The position numbers and the translations under genes are program-made. This document shows, in pieces, positions 45,801-54,055 of a DNA stretch of 64,000 nucleotides. The DNA is from Glaucostegus cemiculus (Eukaryota). The notes under the pieces are model-generated. The model did not search any database, was not told the origin of the DNA, and worked only from the letters and a program-made list of their open reading frames with translations. The stretch is taken from the NCBI GenBank assembly GCA_976551045.1, contig CDPCPM010000213.1, positions 2,914,001-2,978,000 of the forward strand, in the 5' to 3' direction. Positions within the stretch are counted from its first letter, which is position 1. The number at the start of each line of letters is the position of its first letter.

Positions 45801-46113
45801 GTTCTTATTTATTAACAATCTAATTACCCCTCAAGGCTTAGTTTAGCCATAAAAATGGTACACAACTTCCTTTAGTTAAAGCCATCACAATAATCTTCCA
45901 TTCTGTTTAAAGGAGCTGCCCTGTTTCGGGGTGTTATCAATGGTTACAAGACATACCTCGCTTAAGGATTTTGTCCCTGGCATTCTGGTCCAGCACCAAA
46001 GGTTGAGGTGGTTTTCTAGTGTCAATAGCAAAAGGGTTGGGACTTGAAGCAAGAAAAAAATAGAACAAAACAACTAAACCACAAGTTAGACCAAGAAACA
46101 AAAACAGCAGCAT
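9662..46113 (-). CDS. retsatl: All-trans-retinol 13,14-reductase-like (retinol saturase family, CrtISO/phytoene-desaturase-type FAD oxidoreductase); 11 coding exons, 605 aa: complement(join(9662..9807,11545..11704,17550..17716,24975..25084,26483..26621,27657..27776,29341..29538,30988..31183,32897..33138,36648..36830,45957..46113))
   Basis: Exon lengths 157+183+242+196+198+120+139+110+167+160+146=1818 nt, open frame, all introns GT-AG with matching phases. Hydrophobic N-terminus, [16 protein letters not shown] dinucleotide-binding motif, [40 protein letters not shown] and NLYLTGQD are RetSat hallmarks. Confidence 0.93.
10097..10382. repeat. Long inverted repeat (arms 10097-10220 and 10262-10382, 41-nt spacer) in the last retsat-like intron
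   Basis: Left arm catagacaagtaaaa...gctcgctccctgtctcagctctggtagaagtt...atcaaaaagtaaaaaa is the reverse complement of the right arm with scattered mismatches. Confidence 0.92.
10845..11436 (-). mobile_element. CR1 LINE 3' fragment
   Basis: ORF 10986-11357: [17 protein letters not shown]...GDL...RRNFFSQ.V.NLWKSLP; short-repeat tail. Confidence 0.85.
11545..11704 (-). CDS. retsatl: retsat-like exon 10
   Basis: cttag|ATT...ACT G|gtaagt; [53 protein letters not shown]. Confidence 0.93.
11806..12152 (+). mobile_element. V-SINE (HE1-like) with CR1-type tail
   Basis: tRNA-like head, 'tttgca...tctccccgtg...ggtttcctcc...ctcccaca' V-domain-like core, tail ggactcgatggg...cctgtttctatgctttatgactctatgac. 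Confidence 0.7.
12207..13670 (-). mobile_element. CR1 LINE, RT plus C-terminus, relatively young
   Basis: ORFs 13086-13712 ([28 protein letters not shown]) and 12330-12998 ([15 protein letters not shown]); (atagaac)n tail at 12207. Confidence 0.92.
13822..14851 (+). mobile_element. Rex1/Babar-like LINE 3' fragment
   Basis: [11 protein letters not shown]...[35 protein letters not shown]...[10 protein letters not shown]; tail aataa(accaat)n. Confidence 0.8.
14885..15425 (+). mobile_element. CR1 LINE internal fragment, old
   Basis: 'gataaatcccaaggatctgagaatctacatcccagaattttgaaagaggt' = DKS.G..N.HPRILKE CR1 motif. Confidence 0.6.
15430..16280 (-). mobile_element. Penelope-like retroelement fragment (RT-endonuclease linker plus GIY-YIG endonuclease, frameshifted)
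   Basis: Minus-strand translations [16 protein letters not shown]...[25 protein letters not shown] and [22 protein letters not shown] (degenerate YIGET..RL..R..EH). Confidence 0.8.
16540..17146 (-). mobile_element. CR1 LINE 3' fragment
   Basis: [22 protein letters not shown]...LRGDLIEV; tagaacataga tail. Confidence 0.85.
17183..17525 (+). mobile_element. tRNA-derived SINE (same family as 9095-9440)
   Basis: gagtttgaatcc B-box-like motif; shared body; tail 'ctggcctcgccagcaac' followed by an A-rich end. Confidence 0.5.
17550..17716 (-). CDS. retsatl: retsat-like exon 9
   Basis: tgtcag|GA...GAT AAG|gtatca; [56 protein letters not shown]. Confidence 0.93.
18330..21585 (+). mobile_element. Long decayed CR1 LINE (endonuclease to 3' end), interrupted by a Rex1-like insert
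   Basis: APE motifs (YDIITI, VIMGDFN), NYR.VSL region at ~19810, LVRPHL.YCVQFW.PYLRK at ~21025, RR.SF...V.N.WNSLP at ~21350. Confidence 0.75.
20085..20566 (+). mobile_element. Rex1/Babar-like LINE 3' fragment nested in CR1
   Basis: 'ggagagcattc.gactggtt..atcactgcttggtatgg' (ESI..G.ITAWYG); tail gataataatcc(tgattc)n. Confidence 0.75.
21840..23290 (-). mobile_element. Decayed CR1-group LINE (distinct family)
   Basis: Minus-strand [16 protein letters not shown] and GVPQ-like region; 3' end 'ggacaatcaatgccggccctgccagcaacatccatatcc' followed by A-rich run. Confidence 0.6.
23720..23950 (+). mobile_element. Vingi/I-group-like LINE 3' end remnant
   Basis: Translation from 23736: [36 protein letters not shown] resembles the 'KW...SP.C.CG...QT.EH.I..CP' C-terminal zinc finger; ends in gccatac plus A-rich run. 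Confidence 0.45.
24975..25084 (-). CDS. retsatl: retsat-like exon 8
   Basis: tttcag|A ATG...CCA G|gtaatt; [36 protein letters not shown]. Confidence 0.92.
25255..25450 (-). mobile_element. Penelope-like terminal fragment with degenerate hammerhead-like motif
   Basis: Minus strand 25345-25380 reads gttCTGATAAaagggcactgacctGAAAcatt; flanks match the family at 1590 and 47930. Confidence 0.45.
26483..26621 (-). CDS. retsatl: retsat-like exon 7
   Basis: ttgtag|CC...GAG CT|gtaagt; [47 protein letters not shown]. Confidence 0.92.
27657..27776 (-). CDS. retsatl: retsat-like exon 6
   Basis: ttgtag|GT...CCT G|gtaaga; [40 protein letters not shown]. Confidence 0.92.
29341..29538 (-). CDS. retsatl: retsat-like exon 5
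   Basis: gtttag|GT...TGT G|gtgagt; [66 protein letters not shown]. Confidence 0.94.
30988..31183 (-). CDS. retsatl: retsat-like exon 4
   Basis: ttgcag|CAC...ACT G|gtagga; [65 protein letters not shown]. Confidence 0.9.
32897..33138 (-). CDS. retsatl: retsat-like exon 3
   Basis: cctcag|GT...GTA AAG|gtaatt; [28 protein letters not shown]...[16 protein letters not shown]. Confidence 0.94.
33335..33890 (-). mobile_element. Adjacent CR1 3'-end fragments
   Basis: CR1-type tails (agtcatcgagttg..., catagaacatagaatatagaacagtacag) and 'cctctcaccttaag...ctctag' sequence. Confidence 0.6.
34330..34650 (+). mobile_element. V-SINE with CR1-type tail
   Basis: ggtggcacg...ctcacagctccagtgac...ttcaatcctga head; tttgcatgttctccctgtgacc core; gacttgatggatcaaacggcct tail. 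Confidence 0.7.
35280..35440 (+). mobile_element. Rex1/Babar-like 3' tail fragment
   Basis: ccatgaaccc...gcactgtactgctgccgcaaaacaacaaatttcac...gataataaat(ctgatt)n, same as tails at 20420-20566 and 44820-44980. Confidence 0.7.
36648..36830 (-). CDS. retsatl: retsat-like exon 2 (FAD/NAD dinucleotide-binding motif)
   Basis: ttttcag|GC...GTT G|gtaagc; [61 protein letters not shown]. Confidence 0.95.
36987..37110 (+). mobile_element. Short tRNA-derived SINE (head joined directly to tail)
   Basis: A-box-like tagcatagtgg, B-box ggttcaaatcc, tail tttcgctgtgtgtttcgatgtacatgtgacaaataaaga(tctta)n. Confidence 0.75.
37873..38065 (+). mobile_element. Rex1/Babar-like 3'UTR fragment
   Basis: Near-identical to 14655-14850 (gcactgcactttctctgtagctgtgacacttta...aaccaatacca). 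Confidence 0.8.
38583..38800 (-). mobile_element. RTE-like LINE 3' end
   Basis: cttcttcttgggtagtcccttagggtcaaggatgacttgcttccactc: (GAA)n-tailed end on - strand; a similar older copy lies at ~7910-7985. Confidence 0.45.
39350..39520. mobile_element. Penelope-derived hairpin element (two inverted termini)
   Basis: ttgacgtttcaggttgaaaccctgcacc / ctgatgcagaattttgacctgaaacatcaa inverted pair; same family as 45115-45331. Confidence 0.65.
40246..40541 (+). mobile_element. V-SINE with (TCTTA)n tail
   Basis: tRNA head (ggtagtgtagcggt...gggttcaattcc), V-domain-like core, tail catttcactgtatgtttcaatgtacacatgac...gatatcttatcttatc. Confidence 0.8.
41075..41420 (+). mobile_element. RTE LINE reverse-transcriptase fragment
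   Basis: VKQGG..., [13 protein letters not shown], ...[25 protein letters not shown] resembles the RTE RT region around ADD. Confidence 0.6.
41450..42150 (+). mobile_element. CR1 LINE 3' fragment
   Basis: [22 protein letters not shown]...KTRGH...WNELP; tail ggactcgttggactgaagggcctgtatccatgctgt. Confidence 0.85.
42376..43593 (+). mobile_element. 5'-truncated L1-clade LINE with 15-bp target-site duplication
   Basis: Uninterrupted ORF2 C-terminus ([15 protein letters not shown]...QFKVVHRAY...CDRC...SLSHMFWSC...W..F) ending 43153; T-rich 3'UTR, AATAAA, (AAAG)n tail; TSD agaaacatgtaagaa at 42361-42375 and 43594-43608. Confidence 0.9.
43750..44095 (-). mobile_element. CR1 LINE 3' fragment
   Basis: [42 protein letters not shown]. 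Confidence 0.85.
44340..44980 (+). mobile_element. Rex1/Babar-like LINE 3' fragment
   Basis: [10 protein letters not shown]...; [15 protein letters not shown]; tail aataaacctgattctgat. Confidence 0.8.
45115..45331. mobile_element. Penelope-derived hairpin element (two inverted termini)
   Basis: aatctgctggaggaactca...atctgtgggaggaaa...ttgacgtttagggtcaaaaccct pairs with agggtcttgacccaaaatgtcaa...tttcttcccacagat...ttcctctagcagatt. Confidence 0.75.
45957..46113 (-). CDS. retsatl: retsat-like exon 1 (signal/membrane anchor)
   Basis: ATG at 46113; [53 protein letters not shown]|gtatgt; matches the RetSat N-terminus SSPNPF...PP.PLV.D..AR.K.LK. Confidence 0.9.
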
Positions 46114-46144
46114 ACTCTCTGAACATTGATAGCAAAGTAACAAG

Positions 46145-46193
46145 GAGTCAAAGTCAAACAAGTTTGGGTAATTACTAACCAGAGAAAGATAAG
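46145..46193 (-). promoter_or_regulatory. Candidate proximal promoter motif cluster (DR1/HNF4-like, HNF1-like, GATA)
   Basis: GAGTCAaAGTCAA 46145-46157, GGTAATTACTAAC 46167-46179 and AGATAAG 46187-46193, all 30-80 nt upstream of the ATG; motif match only. Confidence 0.4.
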
Positions 46194-46989
46194 GGTAGGA
46201 AGTGAAAATGCATCTCGTGCTTTCTCTGTGATTAAAACAAAAGGTCTTTCATATAACTAAACATCATTTTTTCCATGCAGAAGGCTGAACAATCTAAGCA
46301 TAACTTGAAAACAATCAATGTTCTGTTGTCCAAAAGTACAGGTCAAATTGCATCAGAATCAGAAGACCAAATAAAACAGGACTTAAATTTAGGACTGTTC
46401 AGTTTGCACTGACAATTCTTTCCAAATACCTGAAAGTCAATCCAATAGCTCCCAAATTTTCTTTCACAATTTATTAAGGACTATGGATTACTGAAAATAT
46501 AGTGCTGGACTATGTGTATAGGTCAGGTGAGGGAATCCAATGTTCTAATGCATGTTGCCGGGGGCAAGTCTGTTCCAGTAATCTGTAACGTTGAATGTGA
46601 TTCCAACAATTCTGCTCTTTTCATCTCTTTTCAGCTCCCATATCTACTTGGCTATGATAATGGTGCTTGGCTCCGTGGTACAATAGAAACTAAATTTTAA
46701 GTTCATCTTTGAAATATACTCTCACCCAAAAGACCAATTCGCTGTTCTTATATGGAATTAATGGGGCAGTAACAGTCTCAGAATGGGATCAGTAATTCAC
46801 CTCCTCATTTATAGAAGGATGCACCATCTCCATTCTATCAGAGATAGGCTTCATTTGAGCTACTCTTCATTCAAGATACTCTCTAAGCTTCATGTGAGCA
46901 AGTAAAGTGACAATAAACTAATCTGAATCTGATCCTAAGCCACCAGATCCGTTCCCTGTCTGAGGCCGAACCCCTTTCTTTAACAGCTG

Positions 46990-47580
46990 TGACATCTGTA
47001 TGTTGAACTCCAACCTCATGTCACAAGTACCTCCGACTTCCATCCCTGCAATATTGCCAATCTCCGTCCCTGCCTACCCCATCTATTTCTGAAACCTCAA
47101 TCGTATTTCTGCTTACCCCAGACTTACCCACCAATGACCTGTTGGCTGGTCTTCCACTGCTCACTCCCTGTCAATTTGAGCCGACACTAAATTTTTCTGC
47201 CTGACTCCCAGGTCACTTCATACTTCACCTCTGAGCTCACTGAACGATATTGGTTTCCAAGCCACAAACACCTCAAGTTTGAAATTCTCATCCATGTGTT
47301 CAAATGGCTCCCATGGTCCTCCCCTTCCCATTCATAACTTGGTAACCTCCTTCAGCCATGAAAACCTTCAGGGGGCTTTCTATCGCTCCATTTCTGGCCT
47401 CTGGTGCAGTCTTTATCCTCATCGGTGCCTTCAGTGGTCAAGGCCCTGAATTCAGGAAATGTCTCCCAAAATCCTAGATCATTGACCAAGTATTTAGTGT
47501 CTCCTTTAAATATCAGTTTATATTGGTGAGTGAGAAATTTTGTTTAATGTCTTGTGAAGGTTAACCATGTCAATGCTGCA
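46990..47580 (+). mobile_element. L2 LINE 3' fragment, old
   Basis: NIA.LRPCL...LLAGLP...WFP..KHLKFEILIHVFK resembles the L2 ORF2 C-terminus. Confidence 0.6.
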
Positions 47581-47929
47581 GTATAAATGAAAACTAAAGT
47601 TCCTCAGTGACTGCTATGGAAGATCTTGGACAGTTGCCAACTCCCACTGAATTTCATACAGCATAAAATTTCTAAAGCACAGTGTAAAGCTGTGATGTGT
47701 GCTATGTGATACAATCTTAATAGAAAAAAATTGAGTAACTATTGTATGGTTTTTAAACACTATTCATGGATTCTCATGTGCCAAACTAATGAATGGAGAA
47801 CTTTGTCTTGTATGAGATTATGTAGGAGATATGATCAGAAACAGGCCATTCGGCCCAACCAGTTCATGCATCCCCTGAGTCACCACCTACCTTTTCATCC
47901 CTAAAATTATCAACAAAAAATCCATGGAG

Positions 47930-48060
47930 GCACGAGACCGCAGGTACTGGAATCTGAAGCAAAAACTAAACTGCTGGAGGAAGTCAATGGATCAGGCAGC
48001 ATCTGTGGAGTGAAATGGACAGCTGATGTTTCCGGTTGAGACCCTTCATCTGGATGGAAA
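47930..48060 (-). mobile_element. Penelope-like terminal fragment with hammerhead-like motif
   Basis: Minus strand: tcCAGATGAagggtctcaaccgGAAAcatcagc followed by cacagatgctgcctgatcc...ttcctccagc. Confidence 0.6.
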
Positions 48061-49699
48061 GAAACTCATCATTGTTTAGTTTTTCATTTTTAAATGAATC
48101 AGTTTTGTCTATTGCAGTGCCAGCATTTATTGTCCATTCTCACTTTTCCTTAACCAGAGGAGGAAGGAATGGTTCACTACATATTTCGAATGCCCCTTGC
48201 ACCGAATGCAGATAGCCGTCCAGTCACACAACAGCGAGCCTTCATAGGACTGGGGAGACTCCCTCAGCAGTATTTGAAGATGGCCTGTCTGATCACATCC
48301 CAGGCCAGGGAGATTGGGGCTTGGAACCACTTACAGGTAGATCTCCATTATGTCCTCTACTTAGCCTTCACCACTGATCTCCTTGAGGCCACTCTGCCAG
48401 ACTCCGGCAAATCATGGTCCAGATCAGCCCTCAACTGCTTGTCATCCTGACCCATTTCAGCAGCCACTTAGTGCCCACCCTCTCCAGCAGCTGGTTGTGG
48501 TCCTATCATGTCCCTAAATGCCCCAACCCAAAATTCAATGTGCCAATTCCTTCCCCAATAGAAACCCTAAATTCCATTCCAACATCCCCATCCCCCATCA
48601 TCTGTTCTTCACGCTGATTTATGACTTTAACAATGTGTTAATCTAGGAGATGGTCACTTCCCTCCATCGATGCTGTCTGACCTGCTGAGTTCCTCCAGCA
48701 TTTTGTGTGTATTGGCCACTTAATGCCTTTCCTGATCTCATCCTGAAGGTTTCAATTACCACTAATTAACATGAACATTCAGCTATCGTCTTCCCCTGTG
48801 TAGTTTCAACGGTACAGAATCAGAATGTCCCACAAACAGTGATTGGTTTCAATGACCTTAAAGTATCATTTGAAGCTAAATTGTGAACAGGTTTTATTTC
48901 CTGAAGACTGGTTCTCATTTTAATGAATATCTACTCTCCATGACTTCATAACTTCAGAATAATCCCTAACAATATGTAGTCCTTAAGAACTAAGAACTAT
49001 GCAGCTAAAATAAAAACAATACAGATGTTGTTGTCTCTGCTACCTGCACTAAGGTCCTTCATTCTGTTATTACATTACCTGAGGAGATGCTGCAGAACTG
49101 AAAGCAACGGTGGCTTTTCAAAGCAGTGACTGTTGGGGCATTCTCTCTGTTATTGAGTAACTATGACCATTAACGTGGTGGACACAAGGGTGTATGAGAT
49201 TGGTCTGCAGAAAAAATGGGGTAGGAATGGATACGAATGATCTGCGTGAGGAAGTTGAACAACGGACAAACGACCATGAAGCTCTGATCTAGATGGTGTA
49301 TGTGGGGGGTCACATAAGCTCTTTAGAGGTGATGGCATTTTGACCACTGGAGTTAATTAAATCAAGCAGACTCTAATAAAGAAATGATATGGACTTTGAT
49401 TGAATTGCTTTGCCTGAGGATTGAGAGATAAAGCTAAGCACACAGAAGAAAGATTCACACAGGCTTAAGGACCCCATTGAAGATTGACAGGAGGACAGCA
49501 AACTGAATGAAGGTCATCTGTGCCTGAAGGGTCTTGAGAAGTGACAAGATGAAATGGCCTGTGTACTGTAATAGGGCTGTTTTAGGGCTGGCCGTATGAT
49601 CAACGTTTGCACATTGTCCTGGTACAACCATGTAGGCATGCCAGTGCCTCTACTTCGGAAGGCTAAGGCCATCTGGAATGTCCTAACTGATGCTCCCCA

Positions 49700-50225
49700 A
49701 TTTTTATAGATGCACCAGAGAAAGCATCCTATCTGGATGCATTACAGATTGATATAACAACGGCTCTGCCTCAGACCAGAAAAAACTGCAGAGAGTTGTG
49801 GATACAGCTCAGCACATCCTGAAAACCAGCCCCCCCCTCCCTCCACTGACTTTGTCCACACTTCTCACTGCCTCGGAAGAGCAGCCAACATAATTAAAGA
49901 CCCCTTCCAACTTGGACATTCTCTCTTCTCCCCTCTCCCATTGGACAGAAGATACAAAAGGCTAAAAGCACGTACCACCAGGCTCAAGGACAGCTTCTAT
50001 CCTGCAGTTATAAGACTATTGGACAGACCTCTTGTCTGGTAAATTGGATTCTTGACCTCACAATCTACCTTGTCATGGCCTTGCACCTTATTGTCTATCT
50101 GCACTGCACTTTGTCTGTAACTGTAACACTATATTGTACATTCTTGCATTACCTTGTACTACCTTGATGTACTGATGCAAAATGATTTATATGGATGACA
50201 TGCAAAACAAAATCTTTCACTGTAC
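49700..50225 (+). mobile_element. Rex1/Babar-like LINE 3' fragment
   Basis: gaaagcatcctatctggatgcatt...gcacgtaccaccaggctcaaggacagcttctat, near-identical to 14290-14570. Confidence 0.8.
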
Positions 50226-51254
50226 CAATATTTTTGATGTTTGGGGTTTTCCTAAAGAAGTGTAAGATGTTGGGTAAAGTATTACAGCTGCTTATTAATA
50301 TATTAACCAAGGCTTTGGCAGAATCACTCACAAAAGGAGGCCAAATCCTCTTTAAAGATATAGAATATGTTACTCTGGAATCAGTAGATCAAAAAGAGAT
50401 TAAATCATGTGCTGGTTATTTCTATACTCAAAAATATATTAAGATGAAATTAAACATCTTAAGGAGCAAGTCTACTCCCAAAAAATGGTGCCTGTTATGT
50501 AGCAACAGATAGAACAGCCTTGAAGGACTCTGGCACAACTAAAGAACGACAAAACATGAAAGATATATTGAAAAGGAGACAGGCTGAAAAAATGGCCCTT
50601 AAAGAGGTAAAGGATGCAAGAGGAGCATTTAGAGAAGCCAATCAACCAAGCCCATGAGAGACTGACTATTCATTGTGTAATCTAAGGATTTCAGAGCCAG
50701 TGGAGAGGTTGGACAGCAGGCCATAGTAGCATTGATAAAAACGACTCCACTTAAGAATAGCAGTGATGTGGGCAATTTCAGAGATTCTGTTAATTGGTCA
50801 AGTCTTAAAGAAGAAGGAGTCCATTATATTGATGATTCAAAGGATACTCCTCTCCCCAAGGCCCAAGTGCCAGTAGAAGTAAATGTAATTAGTTATAGAC
50901 CATCCACTTCACTTAGAGACATTGTAAGCTACATAAGAAGTATTATCTGAATGTTCCATAGATATTTGTGTCCCGTTTGTCCAATACTTTCCACTCTAAA
51001 CAGTGGGTTGGAGCTATATGTCCTAATATTGCCCCTAATATCATGTCATTGGAAGAATCACCACATGCATTGGATAAATTACCTGACCCTGAATTATCCT
51101 TACATTTTGCAGGCTCACATCAGGTGAAATTTCATAATTCATCTTAGATGTTCATTGCTAATCCACGCAGGTAATATCACTCCTCTAGTCTCTCTAAATT
51201 GGTGAGTTTGTACCATTAACCAATTACTATGCACCATACACATACCATTCTGAT

Positions 51255-51445
51255 AATCCTGAAGGGTCGTGACCCGAAACATCGACTGTCTTTCCCTCCA
51301 TAGATGCTGTCTGACCTGCTGAGTTCCTCCAGCATTTTTGTGTCGCTGGAGCAAGAAAACGAACTGCTAGAGGAACTCAGTGGGTCAGGCAATATCTGTG
51401 GAGTAGAGGGATGGTCAACATATTGGGTCAAGACTCCATTTAAAA
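51255..51445. mobile_element. Penelope-like termini (two adjacent, opposite orientation)
   Basis: cctgaagggtcgtgacccgaaacatcgactg...gatgctgtctgacctgctgagttcctccagc then ctgctagaggaactcagtgggtcaggc. Confidence 0.65.
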
Positions 51446-51469
51446 TAACTGGAACTGCCTGATAAAGTA

Positions 51470-51945
51470 CATGGACACAGCCCAGCACATCATGGACACC
51501 AGCCTCCTCTCCTTGGACTCTTGTCTTTACCTCTCACTGTCTTGGTGAAGCAGCCAGCATAATCAAAAACCCCACCCACACTGGTCATTCTCTTTTCTCT
51601 CCTCTTCCATCAGGCAGAAGATACAGGAGCCCAAGGGCACGTACCACCAGACTTAAGGACAGCTTCTACCCCACTATGATAAGACTATTGAACAGTTCCC
51701 TCATATGATGAGATGGACTATGACCTCATGATCTACCTTGTTGTGACCTTGCACGTTATTGCACTGCACTTTCTCTGTAGCTGAGACACTTTACTTTGTA
51801 CTCTTACTGTTTTTACCTGTACTACCTCCATGCACTCTGTGCTAACTCAATGTAACTACACTGTGTAGTGAATTGACCTGTACGATCAGAATGCAAGACA
51901 AGTTTTTAACTCTACCTCGTTACAAGTGACAATAATAAACCAATA
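51470..51945 (+). mobile_element. Rex1/Babar-like LINE 3' fragment
   Basis: Near-identical to 14370-14840 including the 3'UTR and aataaaccaatac end. Confidence 0.85.
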
Positions 51946-53409
51946 CATCTTGATATGATATCTGATTTGTTGGAAGCAATATCAGGCTATGATTAAGTCT
52001 TGATTTCCTTTGCAGGACAGTGAAGAATTTTGTTGGTTTGGGTTGGGCATTTTTTTAATACCATTTTTAGCTGATACATTGTTCTGGTTTGATGGTTTAC
52101 TTCATACTTACACTCAATGCTGCTACCTTGCCTACGTTCACAATAATATCTCCCCCCATGTTGTTTGTTCGAGTTCAGCAAACAGTGCACTATGCTGCTC
52201 AACCCATTGAATTCCTCTAGCAGTTTGTTTTTTGTTCCAGATTACAGCATCTGCAGTGTCTTGTGCCTCCAACTGTACTCTACTGTTGCTTACAGAATGG
52301 TTGGCATCGTAGAATCTCGCAGCTTGTCACAGGTTTTACACTTAAATATCCCACATGGAGTTTTCCTGGTGCAAGTTTGGGCCAAGTTATGCCCGTGCCA
52401 TTTTGCAGCTTCAGTACAATGCACTGGTTGATGCAAAATTATGTTTCATAAAATTCTGCCTCGGGTCTTCTACCTCTATCGTGAGTCACCAACATCATTT
52501 TCTCATTATATTGTCTTTTCCTTTCTCGAAATTTGACATTATTGTGAAAACAACGTGCAAAGTACTGCTCTTTAGAATTTGTTTCAAGTTCAGCTGCTCT
52601 CCCGAGGTACGGAACAGTTTCTGAGCTGCAATCAGCCTCATTAGTGGCAATCACTTTCCCGAGGGAAGCACCTCCATTCTTTCCATTTATCCACAGTCTC
52701 AAAGTTACTTTTTTTTATAATAAAAAAAGAAAATGTGACTTTGCCACAGTTTTTAGTTTCCCATTCTTTGTTGCAGAACTTTCGATTAAACAACTGACCC
52801 TATTCACTTGTTGGGCACCTATGTCCTCCTGACCATCTGTTTGACCCATTTAGATAGGTTTCAACCTATTCTTTCAGCTCTACTACACTCAGAAACTCTA
52901 ACCGTTCTCTCACAGCTCTCTATGTTCATCCTTACTTTGTTCCATCACAAATAAACCTTTGCTCACAAACGAGTCTACAGCACTGATTGCTCACACTTGA
53001 CAAAGCACAGTAATCTAATTGAAACATGTTTTAGTAAATGTTCCATCTGGTACTAAACAGATTTACTTCTTTGCATGTTATGGAAAAAAGATATTCTTAA
53101 CTGTAACCAAATCAAAACAAAGAAGTTTTTAAAAAATACTTCAGAACCAGAAAATCAGTTAGAATGGCAAAAATCACGAGTGACATTAAGAAAGATAGCA
53201 TCTCAGATTACCCCCACTGTCCCAAACATTTCACAAAATGTCAATTCAGAATTGTCAATTCCAATATGTAGGAATCTTGTATCTGAAGTTAAAATGTCTC
53301 TATTCACAATATTAACTGGAATTCTAGATGATCATTGTGAAAATTAGGTACTTATTTCTTGCAATGCTAATTCAGACAAGATTAAAAAAAAGAAATAAAA
53401 TGACAGTTG

Positions 53410-54055
53410 CTGAATCAGAATCAGTTTTATTGTCACTACCATATAGACATTCAGCATGCATGGGAGCGAAATACTGTACTCCACAGATCAAGGTGCTTGT
53501 CACATTAAAAAAAAAAGAGAGACACGACAGAAAGACATTAACAACATTGGAACCACAAAATTAAATAGTGACTCAAATAAACAACCTTAAAGTGAGTGTA
53601 CTAAGGCAGTAGACAATGGACATTTAAAGTGCTGGTGCATTTTTATGCGCTTAGCATCCTTTGATATTGACGTGAGGGATGGAGGGGTGAGGGAGTTCAT
53701 GGTACTGATAGCTTGTGGGAAGAAGCTATTGCACAGTCTGGTAGTCCTTGCCCAGCTGTACTGGAGCCTTCTTCTGGATGGCAAGAGTGTAAAGAGGTGG
53801 TAGGAGGGGTGAGAAGGGTCCGACATTATGTCTGTGGCTTTTCTGACACATTGGTCCTTATATAAATCTGCAATAGAGGGTAGAGAGACACCTATGATCT
53901 TCTCTGCCGCTCTCACTATTCTCTGCAGGGACTTTCGTCCAGCAGCTGAGCAGCTCCCATACCAGATGGTGATGCAGTGTGTCAGGATACTCTCAATGGT
54001 CCCTCTATAAAAAGTTTTCATAATAGAAGAATAGGAGTTCACTTTCCTCAATCTC
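53410..54055 (-). mobile_element. Rex1/Babar-like LINE 3' fragment (different subfamily)
   Basis: FYRGTIESILTHCITIWYGSCS...LQRIVRAAEKIIG...HPSYHLFTLLPS...RTTRLCNSFFPQAI; (ctgatt)n tail. Confidence 0.85.

Noticed and set aside
46114-46161. ORF-track N-terminal extension MFDFDSLLLCYQCSES before retsat-like exon 1
   Set aside because: It starts at a TTG; the ATG at 46113 gives the expected signal/anchor-first RetSat N-terminus.
51255-51290. Active hammerhead ribozyme at this exact locus
   Set aside because: Stem II and GAAA are intact but the CUGAUGA core lacks three nucleotides, so it is reported only as a degenerate motif.
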